A DNA stretch of 52,757 nucleotides, from the sequence record OR911937.1. One strand, 5' to 3'. A program made the translations under genes and the position numbers. The notes beneath the pieces were generated by a model that did not search any database, was not told the DNA's origin, and worked only from the letters and a program-made list of their open reading frames with translations. Shown here one piece after another: positions 29,264 to 38,374 of this stretch; within the stretch, counting starts at the first letter, position 1; every line of letters starts with the position of its first letter. The stretch comes from Escherichia phage vB_EcoM_SD350.

Positions 29264-29909
29264 ATATCATAAACTACTTATTCAACAGTACGCTGATAAA
29301 CCAAAAGCTGTTGCAACTATTAAGGGCTTCGATGATGCAATTCAAGGTATCTGGGACGGCGCCCAACAAGTTGTTGATAGCCTTAATATCGATAAAGCTT
29401 TTGGTAAAGGTCTTGATAATGTTGCAGCCCGCGTCGGCGCATCTCGTGTTCTCAAGAAAGGCGTAGACCGTAAGTTCTTCGGCTTTACTAACAAAGTACC
29501 AGACGTGCTTGGCTTCGGTGGTTCGTCTGGTAATAAAGGTGGCCCGTTCTATCGCTACGGCGCATCAGTATGGGACCCGGTAATTCTTGACGACATTGAC
29601 CTGCGTACTTACATCAAGATGAAAATCTGGAAGAACATGCAAGATGGTACTATGCCGTATCTAATTGACTTCCTGATTGAATTCTTCGGAATGAATAACT
29701 TCGTTATAACTGACAACGAAGATATGACAATGACTCTGGAGATATACAGTACTCTGACACCACTTAAGCAAGTGCTGATTCAGAACTACGATATACTTCC
29801 GCGCCCCACAGGGGTGAAGATTGAACTTAACACGAGCGTTGACGTCACGGATAGTCTGTACCGTTACGCTACTGTAAACTTACCAGCACAGGTGAATGTA
29901 TATGGCTGA
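29256..29909 (+). CDS. baseplate/tail protein (I-like)
   Basis: ATG at 29256 overlaps the upstream stop within ATGGCTGA; track start 29250 also possible. Confidence 0.4.
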   Translation: MAEYHKLLIQQYADKPKAVATIKGFDDAIQGIWDGAQQVVDSLNIDKAFGKGLDNVAARVGASRVLKKGVDRKFFGFTNKVPDVLGFGGSSGNKGGPFYRYGASVWDPVILDDIDLRTYIKMKIWKNMQDGTMPYLIDFLIEFFGMNNFVITDNEDMTMTLEIYSTLTPLKQVLIQNYDILPRPTGVKIELNTSVDVTDSLYRYATVNLPAQVNVYG

Positions 29910-31236
29910 TGTACAAACAAGACCCGATAACGACATCTTCGCCAGCTCTGCGGGTACTGGTGAACTGCTGCCGTTCGGTGACCTTGCTCGAGGCTGGGGT
30001 GCAACCCTTGGCTACTCGGAAGGTATTCCTCCGATGGAGTGGTTTAACTTTATCGGTAACCGTACTGACAAAGGTATCCACTACATCCTTCAGCAGGGTG
30101 TTGATACATGGGTAGAAACTGAGACCTACCCGGTTGGTGCACTGGTTAAAGTTAACGCCGACAATATGCTGTACCGTTGTCTGGTGCAGAACATTAATAT
30201 GCCACCGTCTGCTAACCCTACACAGTGGCGCCCTGTACTTGACCTGACTGCTGCAACTGCTGCAGCACGACAGGTTGGTAAGGCCTCTGGTAACGTAATC
30301 CAGGTCGGTGCATTTGGCTTAGGTGGCAACGCTGAGGTAGTTACTAATGCTAACAGCATTGTAAACGACGGTATCTACCAGCTTCCAGCGTCAGGTACGG
30401 GCGGACCTACTAACGGTGTTGAGACTGAGATTCTGCATATCAACTGGGATGAGAAAAACGCTTCACAGTGGGGACGCACCAAGGGTAAGCGCGTAATAGC
30501 CATGCGCGAGAAGGTTAATAATACCTGGGGCGAATGGTCGTACTCTTACGGGCCTGATAATAAACCTACAGCAGCTGAGCTGGGTATTAACCAGGACTTC
30601 ATCCCTATGGATGGTTCTGACTCAATCCGCGGTAACTTAGGTACTGTTGGCTGGCTGCATATTGCACGTACTACTTCCGACTTGCTACGTGCTGCTAACT
30701 CCGCCGGCGTAGGTACTGTTGAGTACTCTGGCAACATCGCAGGTGGTACTGCTGTTCAGGAGTTGCTTACTTCAGTTTCTGTCGCGGCCAACAGTAACGT
30801 TGTCACTGCGGCTCGCTGGGGGTCTGTACCTATGTCGCACATCCAGCACATCCTTGTGGCTGGCGGTGCTACGCAGATTAACATGGCGGTATGTCGTCCT
30901 GGTGGTATTGCCGACCGCCGTACAGTAGCTTTACAGGTGGATGGTCTTAACAGCCGAGTAACTACCACAAATAGCTTTATTTTATGTGAGAATGGTGTTA
31001 GAGTATATTCACCTAACAACCCGCAGCCTATCGATACTTCAGCCGGTAACGTTCGGGGTATTCGACTCGGCGCTCGTATTGCAGCTGGTGTATCTGAGTC
31101 AACGTTCTACCCAGGCCATGTAATGACTGGCTGGCGCTTCGGCAATAAGAAAGAGCTGCGCGGTGGTACATACTGGTCAGCGCCGTTACAGTATTATATC
31201 AACGGCACTTGGATTAACGTAAGCAACGTATCGTAA
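29902..31236 (+). CDS. tail fibre protein
   Basis: ~445 aa, Gly/Ala/Thr-rich; ATG at 29902 overlaps the upstream stop in the same ATGGCTGA context; followed by two fibre-assembly-like genes. Confidence 0.5.
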   Translation: MADVQTRPDNDIFASSAGTGELLPFGDLARGWGATLGYSEGIPPMEWFNFIGNRTDKGIHYILQQGVDTWVETETYPVGALVKVNADNMLYRCLVQNINMPPSANPTQWRPVLDLTAATAAARQVGKASGNVIQVGAFGLGGNAEVVTNANSIVNDGIYQLPASGTGGPTNGVETEILHINWDEKNASQWGRTKGKRVIAMREKVNNTWGEWSYSYGPDNKPTAAELGINQDFIPMDGSDSIRGNLGTVGWLHIARTTSDLLRAANSAGVGTVEYSGNIAGGTAVQELLTSVSVAANSNVVTAARWGSVPMSHIQHILVAGGATQINMAVCRPGGIADRRTVALQVDGLNSRVTTTNSFILCENGVRVYSPNNPQPIDTSAGNVRGIRLGARIAAGVSESTFYPGHVMTGWRFGNKKELRGGTYWSAPLQYYINGTWINVSNVS

Positions 31237-31244
31237 AGGTTACT

Positions 31245-31787
31245 ATGACTAAGCATAAAGTGTTCCGTAATTTTACCATGTACCATCCTGAGGTAACAGA
31301 AGAGAACGAGAACATTGTAAATGCTGGTGCAATCTTCCTCAAGGATGAGGAAGGTCGCGACTGGTATAATCTCGCAAAAGAATTCGCTATCAAATACGAA
31401 GGCGCAACGTTCTTGCAGGTAGATAAGAACGGAGTTGTAATTGCGGCACATACCGACCCGACTATGTTCCATCCTGTGGGTTGCGATATGGTTGTGACAT
31501 ACGACCCGCCTTTCAACATCTTCGAGACTGTTGGCGAATGGCTGTTCGATGGTAAAGAGTTTACGCTTAACGCACCAATGATGAAGGAGATCGCTCGTGA
31601 GCGTAAAGAACAAGCTCTGTCCATCGCTTCGACCAAGGTCAGTGTTTTACGTGACACAGTTGATAGTGGCAATGCTACCGATGAAGAAAAAGAGCTATTT
31701 GCTAAATGGCGTGATTACAGGATTGCTGTCAATCGTCTTGACATTAACCTTGGTTCCGCTATGGTTGTTCCACCTATGCCGGAGTAA
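31245..31787 (+). CDS. tail fibre assembly chaperone-like protein (paralogue 1)
   Basis: 180 aa; shares N-terminal pattern F.NFT.Y.P....E.....G..F.KD..G.DW..LAKE with the next ORF. Confidence 0.5.
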   Translation: MTKHKVFRNFTMYHPEVTEENENIVNAGAIFLKDEEGRDWYNLAKEFAIKYEGATFLQVDKNGVVIAAHTDPTMFHPVGCDMVVTYDPPFNIFETVGEWLFDGKEFTLNAPMMKEIARERKEQALSIASTKVSVLRDTVDSGNATDEEKELFAKWRDYRIAVNRLDINLGSAMVVPPMPE

Positions 31788-31790
31788 ACC

Positions 31791-32294
31791 ATGCAACTGT
31801 CATTTTTCAACTTTACAGAATACAACCCACAAAGGACGGCGGAGACGCTTCCGCTGATTAAGCAAGGCGTTGTATTCATCAAGGATAACAATGGTAATGA
31901 CTGGCGCAAGCTGGCTAAAGAGCTGGCTAAGAATAAAGAGCTGGTTCATTACATTGTTGTGGACAAGTACAATGCTGTTGCCGCGTATGCTAACGATCCT
32001 ACGCTACTGTTTCCTGTTAATTGCGATTTGCATATTGTTGAGTCTGTCCCTGTTGCTAAGTTTGCGGATTGCTATTACGAATGGTCGTACGTTAATGGCA
32101 AGTTTGTTAAGCACTCTGAACTGCAGAAGGTGATTGCAGAAGAACGCCTGCAGGAAGAACAGGCTTGGGTTGAAGGACAACTCGACACTGAAGAAGATGA
32201 GGAACGTATTATCGCTCTCCATAAATTCCGTGCCGATTTGTTGCTGCTTGTTATGTCAGATGCGCCGCATATCGACTGGCCTGTACGACCGTAA
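31791..32294 (+). CDS. tail fibre assembly chaperone-like protein (paralogue 2)
   Basis: 167 aa, paralogous to 31245-31787. Confidence 0.5.
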   Translation: MQLSFFNFTEYNPQRTAETLPLIKQGVVFIKDNNGNDWRKLAKELAKNKELVHYIVVDKYNAVAAYANDPTLLFPVNCDLHIVESVPVAKFADCYYEWSYVNGKFVKHSELQKVIAEERLQEEQAWVEGQLDTEEDEERIIALHKFRADLLLLVMSDAPHIDWPVRP

Positions 32295-32301
32295 CTAATT
32301 G

Positions 32302-32341
32302 CTACCAGCAAGCTTGTGCAGTTGCTGGTAGTGTTTCTTTT
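32302..32341 (+). terminator. rho-independent terminator after the tail module
   Basis: CTACCAGCAA (32302-32311) pairs with TTGCTGGTAG (32322-32331), then TGTTTCTTTT. Confidence 0.6.
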
Positions 32342-32396
32342 ACGCTTGAGTCGTGCTATAATCCACTCTGGGTATACAATAAACCGGAGATATGGG

Positions 32397-32657
32397 ATGT
32401 TTGACTACAACGACAAGTCTTCCCTTATTGGCCAGTTTGTGGCTTGGGTAACAATAACAGTAAGTACTTTATCACTAAGTGATTGGGGTACTCTTATCGG
32501 TATACTCAGTTCCTTGGTGATGCTGATTGTTGTTACGTATAACCAAACACGGCGAACCAAAATTATGTCGGATTATTACAATCGTAAGAAGCCGATAGAG
32601 GATGAAGTCGCATCGAAAGAAGAGGTGTTGCGTGAGTCTGAAATCAGCAGCGACTAA
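32397..32657 (+). CDS. holin candidate
   Basis: Start moved to ATG 32397 (GGAGA upstream); two hydrophobic helices (LIGQFVAWVTITVSTLSL, WGTLIGILSSLVMLIVV), charged C-terminus. Confidence 0.5.
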   Translation: MFDYNDKSSLIGQFVAWVTITVSTLSLSDWGTLIGILSSLVMLIVVTYNQTRRTKIMSDYYNRKKPIEDEVASKEEVLRESEISSD

Positions 32658-33177
32658 AGGAGGTTGTAGCGTGCTCGCTATCATCGGGCTTGTATTGTCG
32701 ATGACAAGTACGCATGTACGTACTAATAAAGAAGGTCTTGAAATAATCGGTAATGCAGAAGGTTGTATGCGCAACCCGTATGTATGCCCTACTGGTTATT
32801 TAACAGTTGGCATTGGTAGCCGCATCTACAGCGATGAGCCCGCTGTACGGCGCGAAGGCCTGACAGACCAGGAGATTGCTGACCGCTGGGTCAAGAATAT
32901 TCAAGAGGCCGAAAAATGTGTTAATGACTGGTTCCACGGTAAAGATATGAACACGAACCAGTTCAGCGCCATGACCTCTATGGTATTTAACCATGGTTGC
33001 ACTAGACTCCGTAAGAACAAGGATGGTTCACCTACCAAAATATATACTGCTGCTCGTAAACAAAACTGGACTGAAATGTGTAACAGCATAACTGACTGGG
33101 ATATGGGTGGTAAGTACAGGGGCTTGACAATACGTAAGCAAAAGGAAAAAGCGCTATGTCTAAAACCGGTGCAATAA
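32602..33177 (+). CDS. endolysin, T4-lysozyme-like with N-terminal SAR-like hydrophobic segment
   Basis: GLEIIGNAEGC...TGYLTVGIG lysozyme core; N-terminal KGGCSVLAIIGLVLSM hydrophobic stretch; overlaps the holin 3' end. Confidence 0.6.
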   Translation: MKSHRKKRCCVSLKSAATKGGCSVLAIIGLVLSMTSTHVRTNKEGLEIIGNAEGCMRNPYVCPTGYLTVGIGSRIYSDEPAVRREGLTDQEIADRWVKNIQEAEKCVNDWFHGKDMNTNQFSAMTSMVFNHGCTRLRKNKDGSPTKIYTAARKQNWTEMCNSITDWDMGGKYRGLTIRKQKEKALCLKPVQ

Positions 33178-33485
33178 TTGCAGTTATTCTCGGCCTCGCC
33201 ATTGTGTTCCTGTCTTTGTGGGTACGTGAGCTGAAAGGTGATATTACCGACCGCGACGGTATAATCAAACAGCTTAACAAGACTAATGGCGAGTTGTCTG
33301 CTGCTAATCAAACGCTGATTAATTCTGTAAAGGATGAACGTGAGGCTTCAGCCAAACGCGCCAGTAAGATAGCTGAACTTGAACAACAACTGCGTGATAA
33401 GAAGGGTAAATATGACGAAGCAACAAAAGATGATTCGTGCGCTAATACCGTTGCTCCTTCTGCCGTTCTTGAACTCATGCGCTGA
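33156..33485 (+). CDS. inner-membrane spanin (Rz-like)
   Basis: 109 aa: N-terminal transmembrane helix (AIIAVILGLAIVFLSLW) then coiled-coil region. Confidence 0.55.
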   Translation: MSKTGAIIAVILGLAIVFLSLWVRELKGDITDRDGIIKQLNKTNGELSAANQTLINSVKDEREASAKRASKIAELEQQLRDKKGKYDEATKDDSCANTVAPSAVLELMR

Positions 33486-33687
33486 TAAGCCTGAAGTTGT
33501 TTATGTTGACAGGGTAGTCAAGGTTTATCCGCCTGGTGCATACCTGGTTAAATGCCATAAGCCTGAATTAACAGGTAACACCTGGAAGGCAATAGGTCAG
33601 TTAGCTATTGAACGTGGAACAGCTCTTGATGATTGTGCAGACAAGATGGACAGCATAATTAACTGGAGTAACAAAGGGGCCGAGTGA
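33412..33687 (+). CDS. outer-membrane lipoprotein spanin (Rz1-like)
   Basis: Starts inside the Rz-like gene in another frame; signal peptide with lipobox LLLLPFLNSC. Confidence 0.5.
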   Translation: MTKQQKMIRALIPLLLLPFLNSCADKPEVVYVDRVVKVYPPGAYLVKCHKPELTGNTWKAIGQLAIERGTALDDCADKMDSIINWSNKGAE

Positions 33688-33701
33688 TGGCCCCTTTATT
33701 T
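33676..33701. terminator. bidirectional intrinsic terminator between convergent blocks
   Basis: GGGGCC-gagtgat-GGCCCC followed by TTTATTT; separates the rightward lysis genes from the leftward replication block. Confidence 0.65.
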
Positions 33702-33703
33702 GA

Positions 33704-33982
33704 TTAAGCCTGCAGGAAGCCTGGGAACATATCAGCGCGTAAAGCAGCGCCCTTCAGTAACCAGATTTGGTCTTTAGCCTGTGCAAGCGCATTGTCCTGA
33801 GCTACTTGTTTGCCGATGTCTGCATTGAACTCTGCAGGGTCAACACAACCAGAAGTACCTACACCTAACTGGAAGCCATCCAGCGTTGCCACACATACAG
33901 TTACAGTTGTATTCGGTACCTGCCAGAAATGATACTCCAGTTTATCAACAAGAGCATTAACTTCTTTAAAATCTACTTTCAT
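33704..33982 (-). CDS. small phage protein, Gp49-like family (function unknown)
   Basis: 92 aa; TVTVCVATLDGFQLGVGTSGCVDPAEFNADIGKQVAQDNALAQAKDQIW resembles a conserved small phage protein family I recall as N4 gp49/Sf6 gp66-like. Confidence 0.45.
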   Translation of the reverse strand: MKVDFKEVNALVDKLEYHFWQVPNTTVTVCVATLDGFQLGVGTSGCVDPAEFNADIGKQVAQDNALAQAKDQIWLLKGAALRADMFPGFLQA

Positions 33983-34206
33983 TATCGCTTTCCTTTCAGC
34001 TCATTATACTGCGCACATGCAGCACACAGCACTGTACCGGGTAAAAGCTGACGTCGTTTTTCTTCAATGTCTTCCCCACACTGGTAGCACGTCAGCGGGC
34101 TTACTCCGGTGTATCTTACTCGGTTCGATAGTGCTGCGTCCCGGGCAACTTGTTCAGCTTCAGAAGCCATATCAGTAATGTCCGATGTGCGCATAGTCTC
34201 AATCAT
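33982..34206 (-). CDS. DksA/TraR-type C4 zinc-finger protein
   Basis: 74 aa with CYQCGEDI...CAAC four-Cys arrangement. Confidence 0.5.
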   Translation of the reverse strand: MIETMRTSDITDMASEAEQVARDAALSNRVRYTGVSPLTCYQCGEDIEEKRRQLLPGTVLCAACAQYNELKGKR

Positions 34207-34481
34207 TATTTTCCCTCTTCTTCACAATACAGGGTTTCTAATTCGTCGCATAGCTGTTGCGTCCAGCAATCATCCTCACCACGTATCTGGAAGCACAGCA
34301 CAGGAATATCCTGTCGTAAAATATCGCTCTTGTAAATCTTTTTGGCAACAGCTTCTGGTTCTTCCTGGAATATCTTCATAAACCAGTCCAGGCCTGACGT
34401 GCAGCCTGAGGCGTCTAGTATCTCCTTCGCCCTTAACTTAAGCGTTTCATCTGCCTCATACTCTAAACCTATCTTAGACAT
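34206..34481 (-). CDS. hypothetical protein
   Basis: 91-aa ORF with AAAGG ribosome-binding site, upstream of the Zn-finger gene. Confidence 0.45.
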   Translation of the reverse strand: MSKIGLEYEADETLKLRAKEILDASGCTSGLDWFMKIFQEEPEAVAKKIYKSDILRQDIPVLCFQIRGEDDCWTQQLCDELETLYCEEEGK

Positions 34482-34496
34482 ATTATAGACCTTTAA

Positions 34497-36464
34497 TTAG
34501 TGTGCCTCTGCCCAGTTACTTTCTATCTTAGCATCAGTAAGAACAGGCACACGAAGCGGTAGTACAGTTTCCATGACCCGTACGAAATCATAGAATCCAT
34601 CTTCTGCTTGCTTACCGGTTGGTAGAGAGAAGTTAAGCTCATCGTGTACCGTCAGGCGAGGTACGCCAATCACGTCAAAGTAACCGTCTTCATACCCTTT
34701 CAGCATTGCAGACTTCATCTGGTCTGCTGACGACCCTTGCAGCACTCGGTTGATTGCTTTGTGGGTGTCTGCCAGTTTAATGTTTGGACCATACTCCTGA
34801 CGTGCTTCTTCAAATGGCAAAGGCATCTTCCCGAATCCACCACGTTTTGGGACCCATTTGTTGAACCACGTCTTCCGGCCCATAAAGGTTTCTACATACC
34901 CCTGGCTATAGCATAAATCTTCATAATGCTTCATGGTAGCACCAATGAATGGTGCACCCTGATGGTACGCCTTCAGAACAGGTTCTGCTTCTTCAGGCGT
35001 CATTGCTAACTTACGGGCAAGAGCATTAAGCATCATGCCGTACAACAAACCAAAGTTAATGGTCTTAGCCGGTTTACGCTCTATAACGTGACCTGAGGCT
35101 TCCTTGATAATATCGACCATAACATTGTGGTAATCTGCTTCCGGGTTAGCCGCGAAAATTGCTCGTAACTCATCAGCGCCCGGGCCGACTGCAAAATGCG
35201 CCATGAATCGATATTCAATTTGGGCGTAGTCTGCTGATCCCCATCTGTGTCCGACATCCGGTACGAAACAAGCACGAAGGAGTGGTCCCAGTATTTTGTG
35301 TCGAGACGGTATATTCTGCAGATTAGGGTCAGATGAGCTAAACCGACCACTAACGGTTCCGCCGTCATCACCGCGCATTTGATGGAATTGACCGTGAAGG
35401 AAGCCATTTGTATTCATCCCCAAGATATAGCCACGAATAAACGTGGACTGTATTTTCTCATAAGACTTAATCTCAGACACCAGTTCCGCAAACGGATGGT
35501 GTAAGCCTGCTAAGAAGTCTGCCGTAAACGACGGATTGCCCGCCGCTGTTCTGAAGTACTCCAGACCTAAATGGTCAAATGCAAGAGCTAAGTCCGGACC
35601 TGAGTTAACGTTAATGTTAAAGCCAATCTGGTCTTTAATCTGCTGGTGCATTTTCCTTATTTCAGCGCTAAGCGTATCATCCGCCTCTTTGGCCTTGTCA
35701 AGGTCAACACGCACACCTGCAAAACGCATCTTAAGCATTAATGGAATGAGCTTGCACTCCATATAGAATACGTCTGTTAAACACCAGCGACTTAACAATG
35801 GCCACTGGGCTTTGATAATGTGTATTGGTAAGTCGGCATCAGATTCAGCATAGTAACCCACAAGACGAGGAGGCGTTTTGTAGATGTACTTTCTGGCTTC
35901 ACCTGTTGGCTTACAGCCATAAGCATCTGAAATCCATTGGTACATCTCGGCTGAGTCTTTACCTTCGCCTACATATTTTCGTCCAAGTCCTTCAAGTGCA
36001 ACACGCGCGCCTGGGTCAAGTAATGCTTCCGCGAATTGTACATCCATGCACAATCCTTTAACTTCCACGCCTTCTGCTGCAAGCCAGCCCAAGTCATATG
36101 TGATGTTAGCACCGACTTTAACTTGGTTAGGTCGCGAGAGTTCGAGCCGAAGCCAACCAAGTACTTCCTCAGCTGGAAGGTTATCCTCTTCGCCGAGCTC
36201 GTGTCTGATTGGGTAGTAAGCTTTGAAGCCGTTGTCCGTAGCGATACTAACTCCAACGATATGACCCTCCCTCCTGGCCCAACCACTACCATTTGTATCC
36301 ATCCCTGGGTCGTATGTTTCACAGTCAAGACCGATAATCTTTGCAGAAGACAGGTCTGGGTAATGCGCGCGCGGCCGCCATCCAGTATCCCTGACGTATG
36401 GGATAGGACGGTTGATAGGTTTAACATTCTTTGCACCTTCGAAGCTATCGAATAAAAAGCTCAT
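34497..36464 (-). CDS. DNA polymerase, family A, with 3'-5' exonuclease domain
   Basis: 655 aa; exo motif LDCETY; polymerase motifs DYAQIEYR (A), KPAKTINFGLLYGM (B), VHDEL (C); no 5'-3' exonuclease domain. Confidence 0.8.
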   Translation of the reverse strand: MSFLFDSFEGAKNVKPINRPIPYVRDTGWRPRAHYPDLSSAKIIGLDCETYDPGMDTNGSGWARREGHIVGVSIATDNGFKAYYPIRHELGEEDNLPAEEVLGWLRLELSRPNQVKVGANITYDLGWLAAEGVEVKGLCMDVQFAEALLDPGARVALEGLGRKYVGEGKDSAEMYQWISDAYGCKPTGEARKYIYKTPPRLVGYYAESDADLPIHIIKAQWPLLSRWCLTDVFYMECKLIPLMLKMRFAGVRVDLDKAKEADDTLSAEIRKMHQQIKDQIGFNINVNSGPDLALAFDHLGLEYFRTAAGNPSFTADFLAGLHHPFAELVSEIKSYEKIQSTFIRGYILGMNTNGFLHGQFHQMRGDDGGTVSGRFSSSDPNLQNIPSRHKILGPLLRACFVPDVGHRWGSADYAQIEYRFMAHFAVGPGADELRAIFAANPEADYHNVMVDIIKEASGHVIERKPAKTINFGLLYGMMLNALARKLAMTPEEAEPVLKAYHQGAPFIGATMKHYEDLCYSQGYVETFMGRKTWFNKWVPKRGGFGKMPLPFEEARQEYGPNIKLADTHKAINRVLQGSSADQMKSAMLKGYEDGYFDVIGVPRLTVHDELNFSLPTGKQAEDGFYDFVRVMETVLPLRVPVLTDAKIESNWAEAH

Positions 36465-37459
36465 CAGTCCCCTCTCACATACGCAATTACAACTGTACGA
36501 GTTGAGTTTTCCATTTTGAGCGCCTGACTACCAAGTCCTATTCTTTCCATGCCTTTAGCCAGTTTACTCATCTGACTAATAACACAGTTGAACGGTTTAC
36601 TAAACTTAGTCGACTGGAACTTAATGTCGACGGACATCTTTGGAATAATCTTATCTGGTAAGTCTGCCTTTGCAGTTGACTCGCCTGTTATCTCCAGAAT
36701 AGCCTGACCTTCGTCGTACCCAGTAAGCTGGTCCATGACTTCCAGGAACTCAGGAGTGATGGCCTGCATATCCATTTCCATATTGAAGAACTTAGATACG
36801 TCTGGCCATTTGGCCGCAAGTACCGGAGCATCCATCTGTACACCATCCGCAAAGCCGAAGAACATCTGGCCGCGGGCGTATCCTACACTTGTGGGTTCCA
36901 TCTTCAGCTTAACCAGAGCCTCAAGCATTGGTTTGGCTATGGCACATTCAAATTCAAAATCTACGTTCAACTTCTCACGTATCATATACTTACCGTTAGT
37001 TGCGTAAGCATAACCATCGCGCAGAAGTAAAGATGTCGCCCATACCTGCGGTGCTTCGTTAGGTACCCACTTGGCTAAGGCAGTTAATACCGGGAGTAAT
37101 TCGCCATGCGCTGAATACCAGTTGTTAACTGTAGCAAGTGGCGGTATTGGTTCATTAAGCGCTTGCATTCTTGTTTTAAGTACACCTGCTGTGACTGTGA
37201 GGTTTCCAGCGGCTGTAATGTTAAAAGTAATCTGTTCAGTTCTTGCCGCATTAACGGCCTTACGAAATGATTCAGCATCCACTTGCAGGTCTGGAAATCC
37301 TTTACATGGCGCTCGTAGTAATACGTTCTTGTAGTATGAATGGATTGTTCCGTCTGCAATCCATATTTTGCCCATAAGACCACTATCAGTATACTTGATG
37401 GGACGAGCTTGTTGAACGGCAGTCTGTATTTGTTTGGTGTCATAGTTAAACTTGCTCAT
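36464..37459 (-). CDS. hypothetical protein between the TS-family gene and polymerase
   Basis: 331 aa, no motif assigned; stop overlaps the polymerase start (ATGA). Confidence 0.5.
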   Translation of the reverse strand: MSKFNYDTKQIQTAVQQARPIKYTDSGLMGKIWIADGTIHSYYKNVLLRAPCKGFPDLQVDAESFRKAVNAARTEQITFNITAAGNLTVTAGVLKTRMQALNEPIPPLATVNNWYSAHGELLPVLTALAKWVPNEAPQVWATSLLLRDGYAYATNGKYMIREKLNVDFEFECAIAKPMLEALVKLKMEPTSVGYARGQMFFGFADGVQMDAPVLAAKWPDVSKFFNMEMDMQAITPEFLEVMDQLTGYDEGQAILEITGESTAKADLPDKIIPKMSVDIKFQSTKFSKPFNCVISQMSKLAKGMERIGLGSQALKMENSTRTVVIAYVRGD

Positions 37460-37467
37460 AGTATAAC

Positions 37468-37481
37468 GGGGCCGAAGCCCC
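37468..37481 (-). other. intercistronic GC hairpin with UUCG tetraloop on the transcript
   Basis: GGGGC-cgaa-GCCCC on the plus strand (UUCG loop on the minus-strand RNA); identical core at 43912-43925. Confidence 0.45.
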
Positions 37482-37489
37482 GCTCCATC

Positions 37490-38374
37490 TTATACGGCCA
37501 TTTGGAGTTTGATGTTTGGCATTGGTTTGTACTTCTCAACCATTGGCGTAACATCGGCAGGAGTGAAGTCAAACACTGACACGTCATAAATTGCATTAAT
37601 GTCAGGACGACCTTCAAAGTTAGTGTCCAGTGTAGTATCAGAATTGCTTACGATACGTTGCAGGAAAATCTTTGCCGCATCGATATGATTCTGATAGATG
37701 TGATAATCACCCAGCGTAACAGTCATATCACCTACCCCAGTACCCAGCTCAGCAGCAATGGTAATCTGCAACATCTGATGCAGCAGAATATCGTGAGGCA
37801 GGCCAAGAATAACATCCGCGCTACGCATGTGGAACATCAGCTCTAACTCATTACGGTTATTAATGAACAGCTGAAAGCCATGGTAACAAGGCGGAAGGGC
37901 CATGGCGTCCATCTCTTGTGGGTTCCATGCCGTAATGTATGCCCGGCGGTCAGTAGGCTTAACCTTCAGCGTTTCAATAACATCTTTAAGCTGGTTAGTA
38001 AGAACACCATTCTTATAGAATGGCTTAATCCATTGCACGCCGTACACAGGACCTAAGTCACGGTTGTCTGGCGTACCCCAACGTTTGTTTGCGTCCTGCA
38101 GGTTACCTTCCCACCAGTTGCAGCCAAAGCCTTTTAGCGTGTCGACGTTTGAAATACCGTTGATAAAGCAGTAAAGCTCAGCAGCAACAGCTTTGATGTT
38201 AACAGGCTTAAACACCGGCACCATCAGTTTGTTGTCGTTGAAAGCCAGCTTAAATGCTGTACCAAAACAACGGCGGGTACCAACACCTGTACGGTCTACA
38301 ACATCCTCACCTTTACGCAGGATAAAAGAAATGATGTCGCTGTAAAGAGAATCGACAGTGCTGTATGTTTTCAT
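37490..38374 (-). CDS. thymidylate-synthase-family pyrimidine C5-modifying enzyme, predicted dCMP-specific
   Basis: DRTGVGT, LGPVYGVQW, DRRAYITAWN, ALPPC (catalytic Cys), GDYHIY align to ThyA motifs; LGLPHD has Asp where ThyA has Asn177 (LGLPFN); Tyr follows the catalytic Cys instead of His. Confidence 0.75.
   Translation of the reverse strand: MKTYSTVDSLYSDIISFILRKGEDVVDRTGVGTRRCFGTAFKLAFNDNKLMVPVFKPVNIKAVAAELYCFINGISNVDTLKGFGCNWWEGNLQDANKRWGTPDNRDLGPVYGVQWIKPFYKNGVLTNQLKDVIETLKVKPTDRRAYITAWNPQEMDAMALPPCYHGFQLFINNRNELELMFHMRSADVILGLPHDILLHQMLQITIAAELGTGVGDMTVTLGDYHIYQNHIDAAKIFLQRIVSNSDTTLDTNFEGRPDINAIYDVSVFDFTPADVTPMVEKYKPMPNIKLQMAV

Noticed and set aside
37490-38374. Annotating the TS-family gene as a canonical thymidylate synthase
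   Set aside because: The uracil-selecting Asn is replaced by Asp (LGLPHD versus LGLPFN) and the residue after the catalytic Cys is Tyr rather than His; a dCMP-directed C5 transferase is more consistent.
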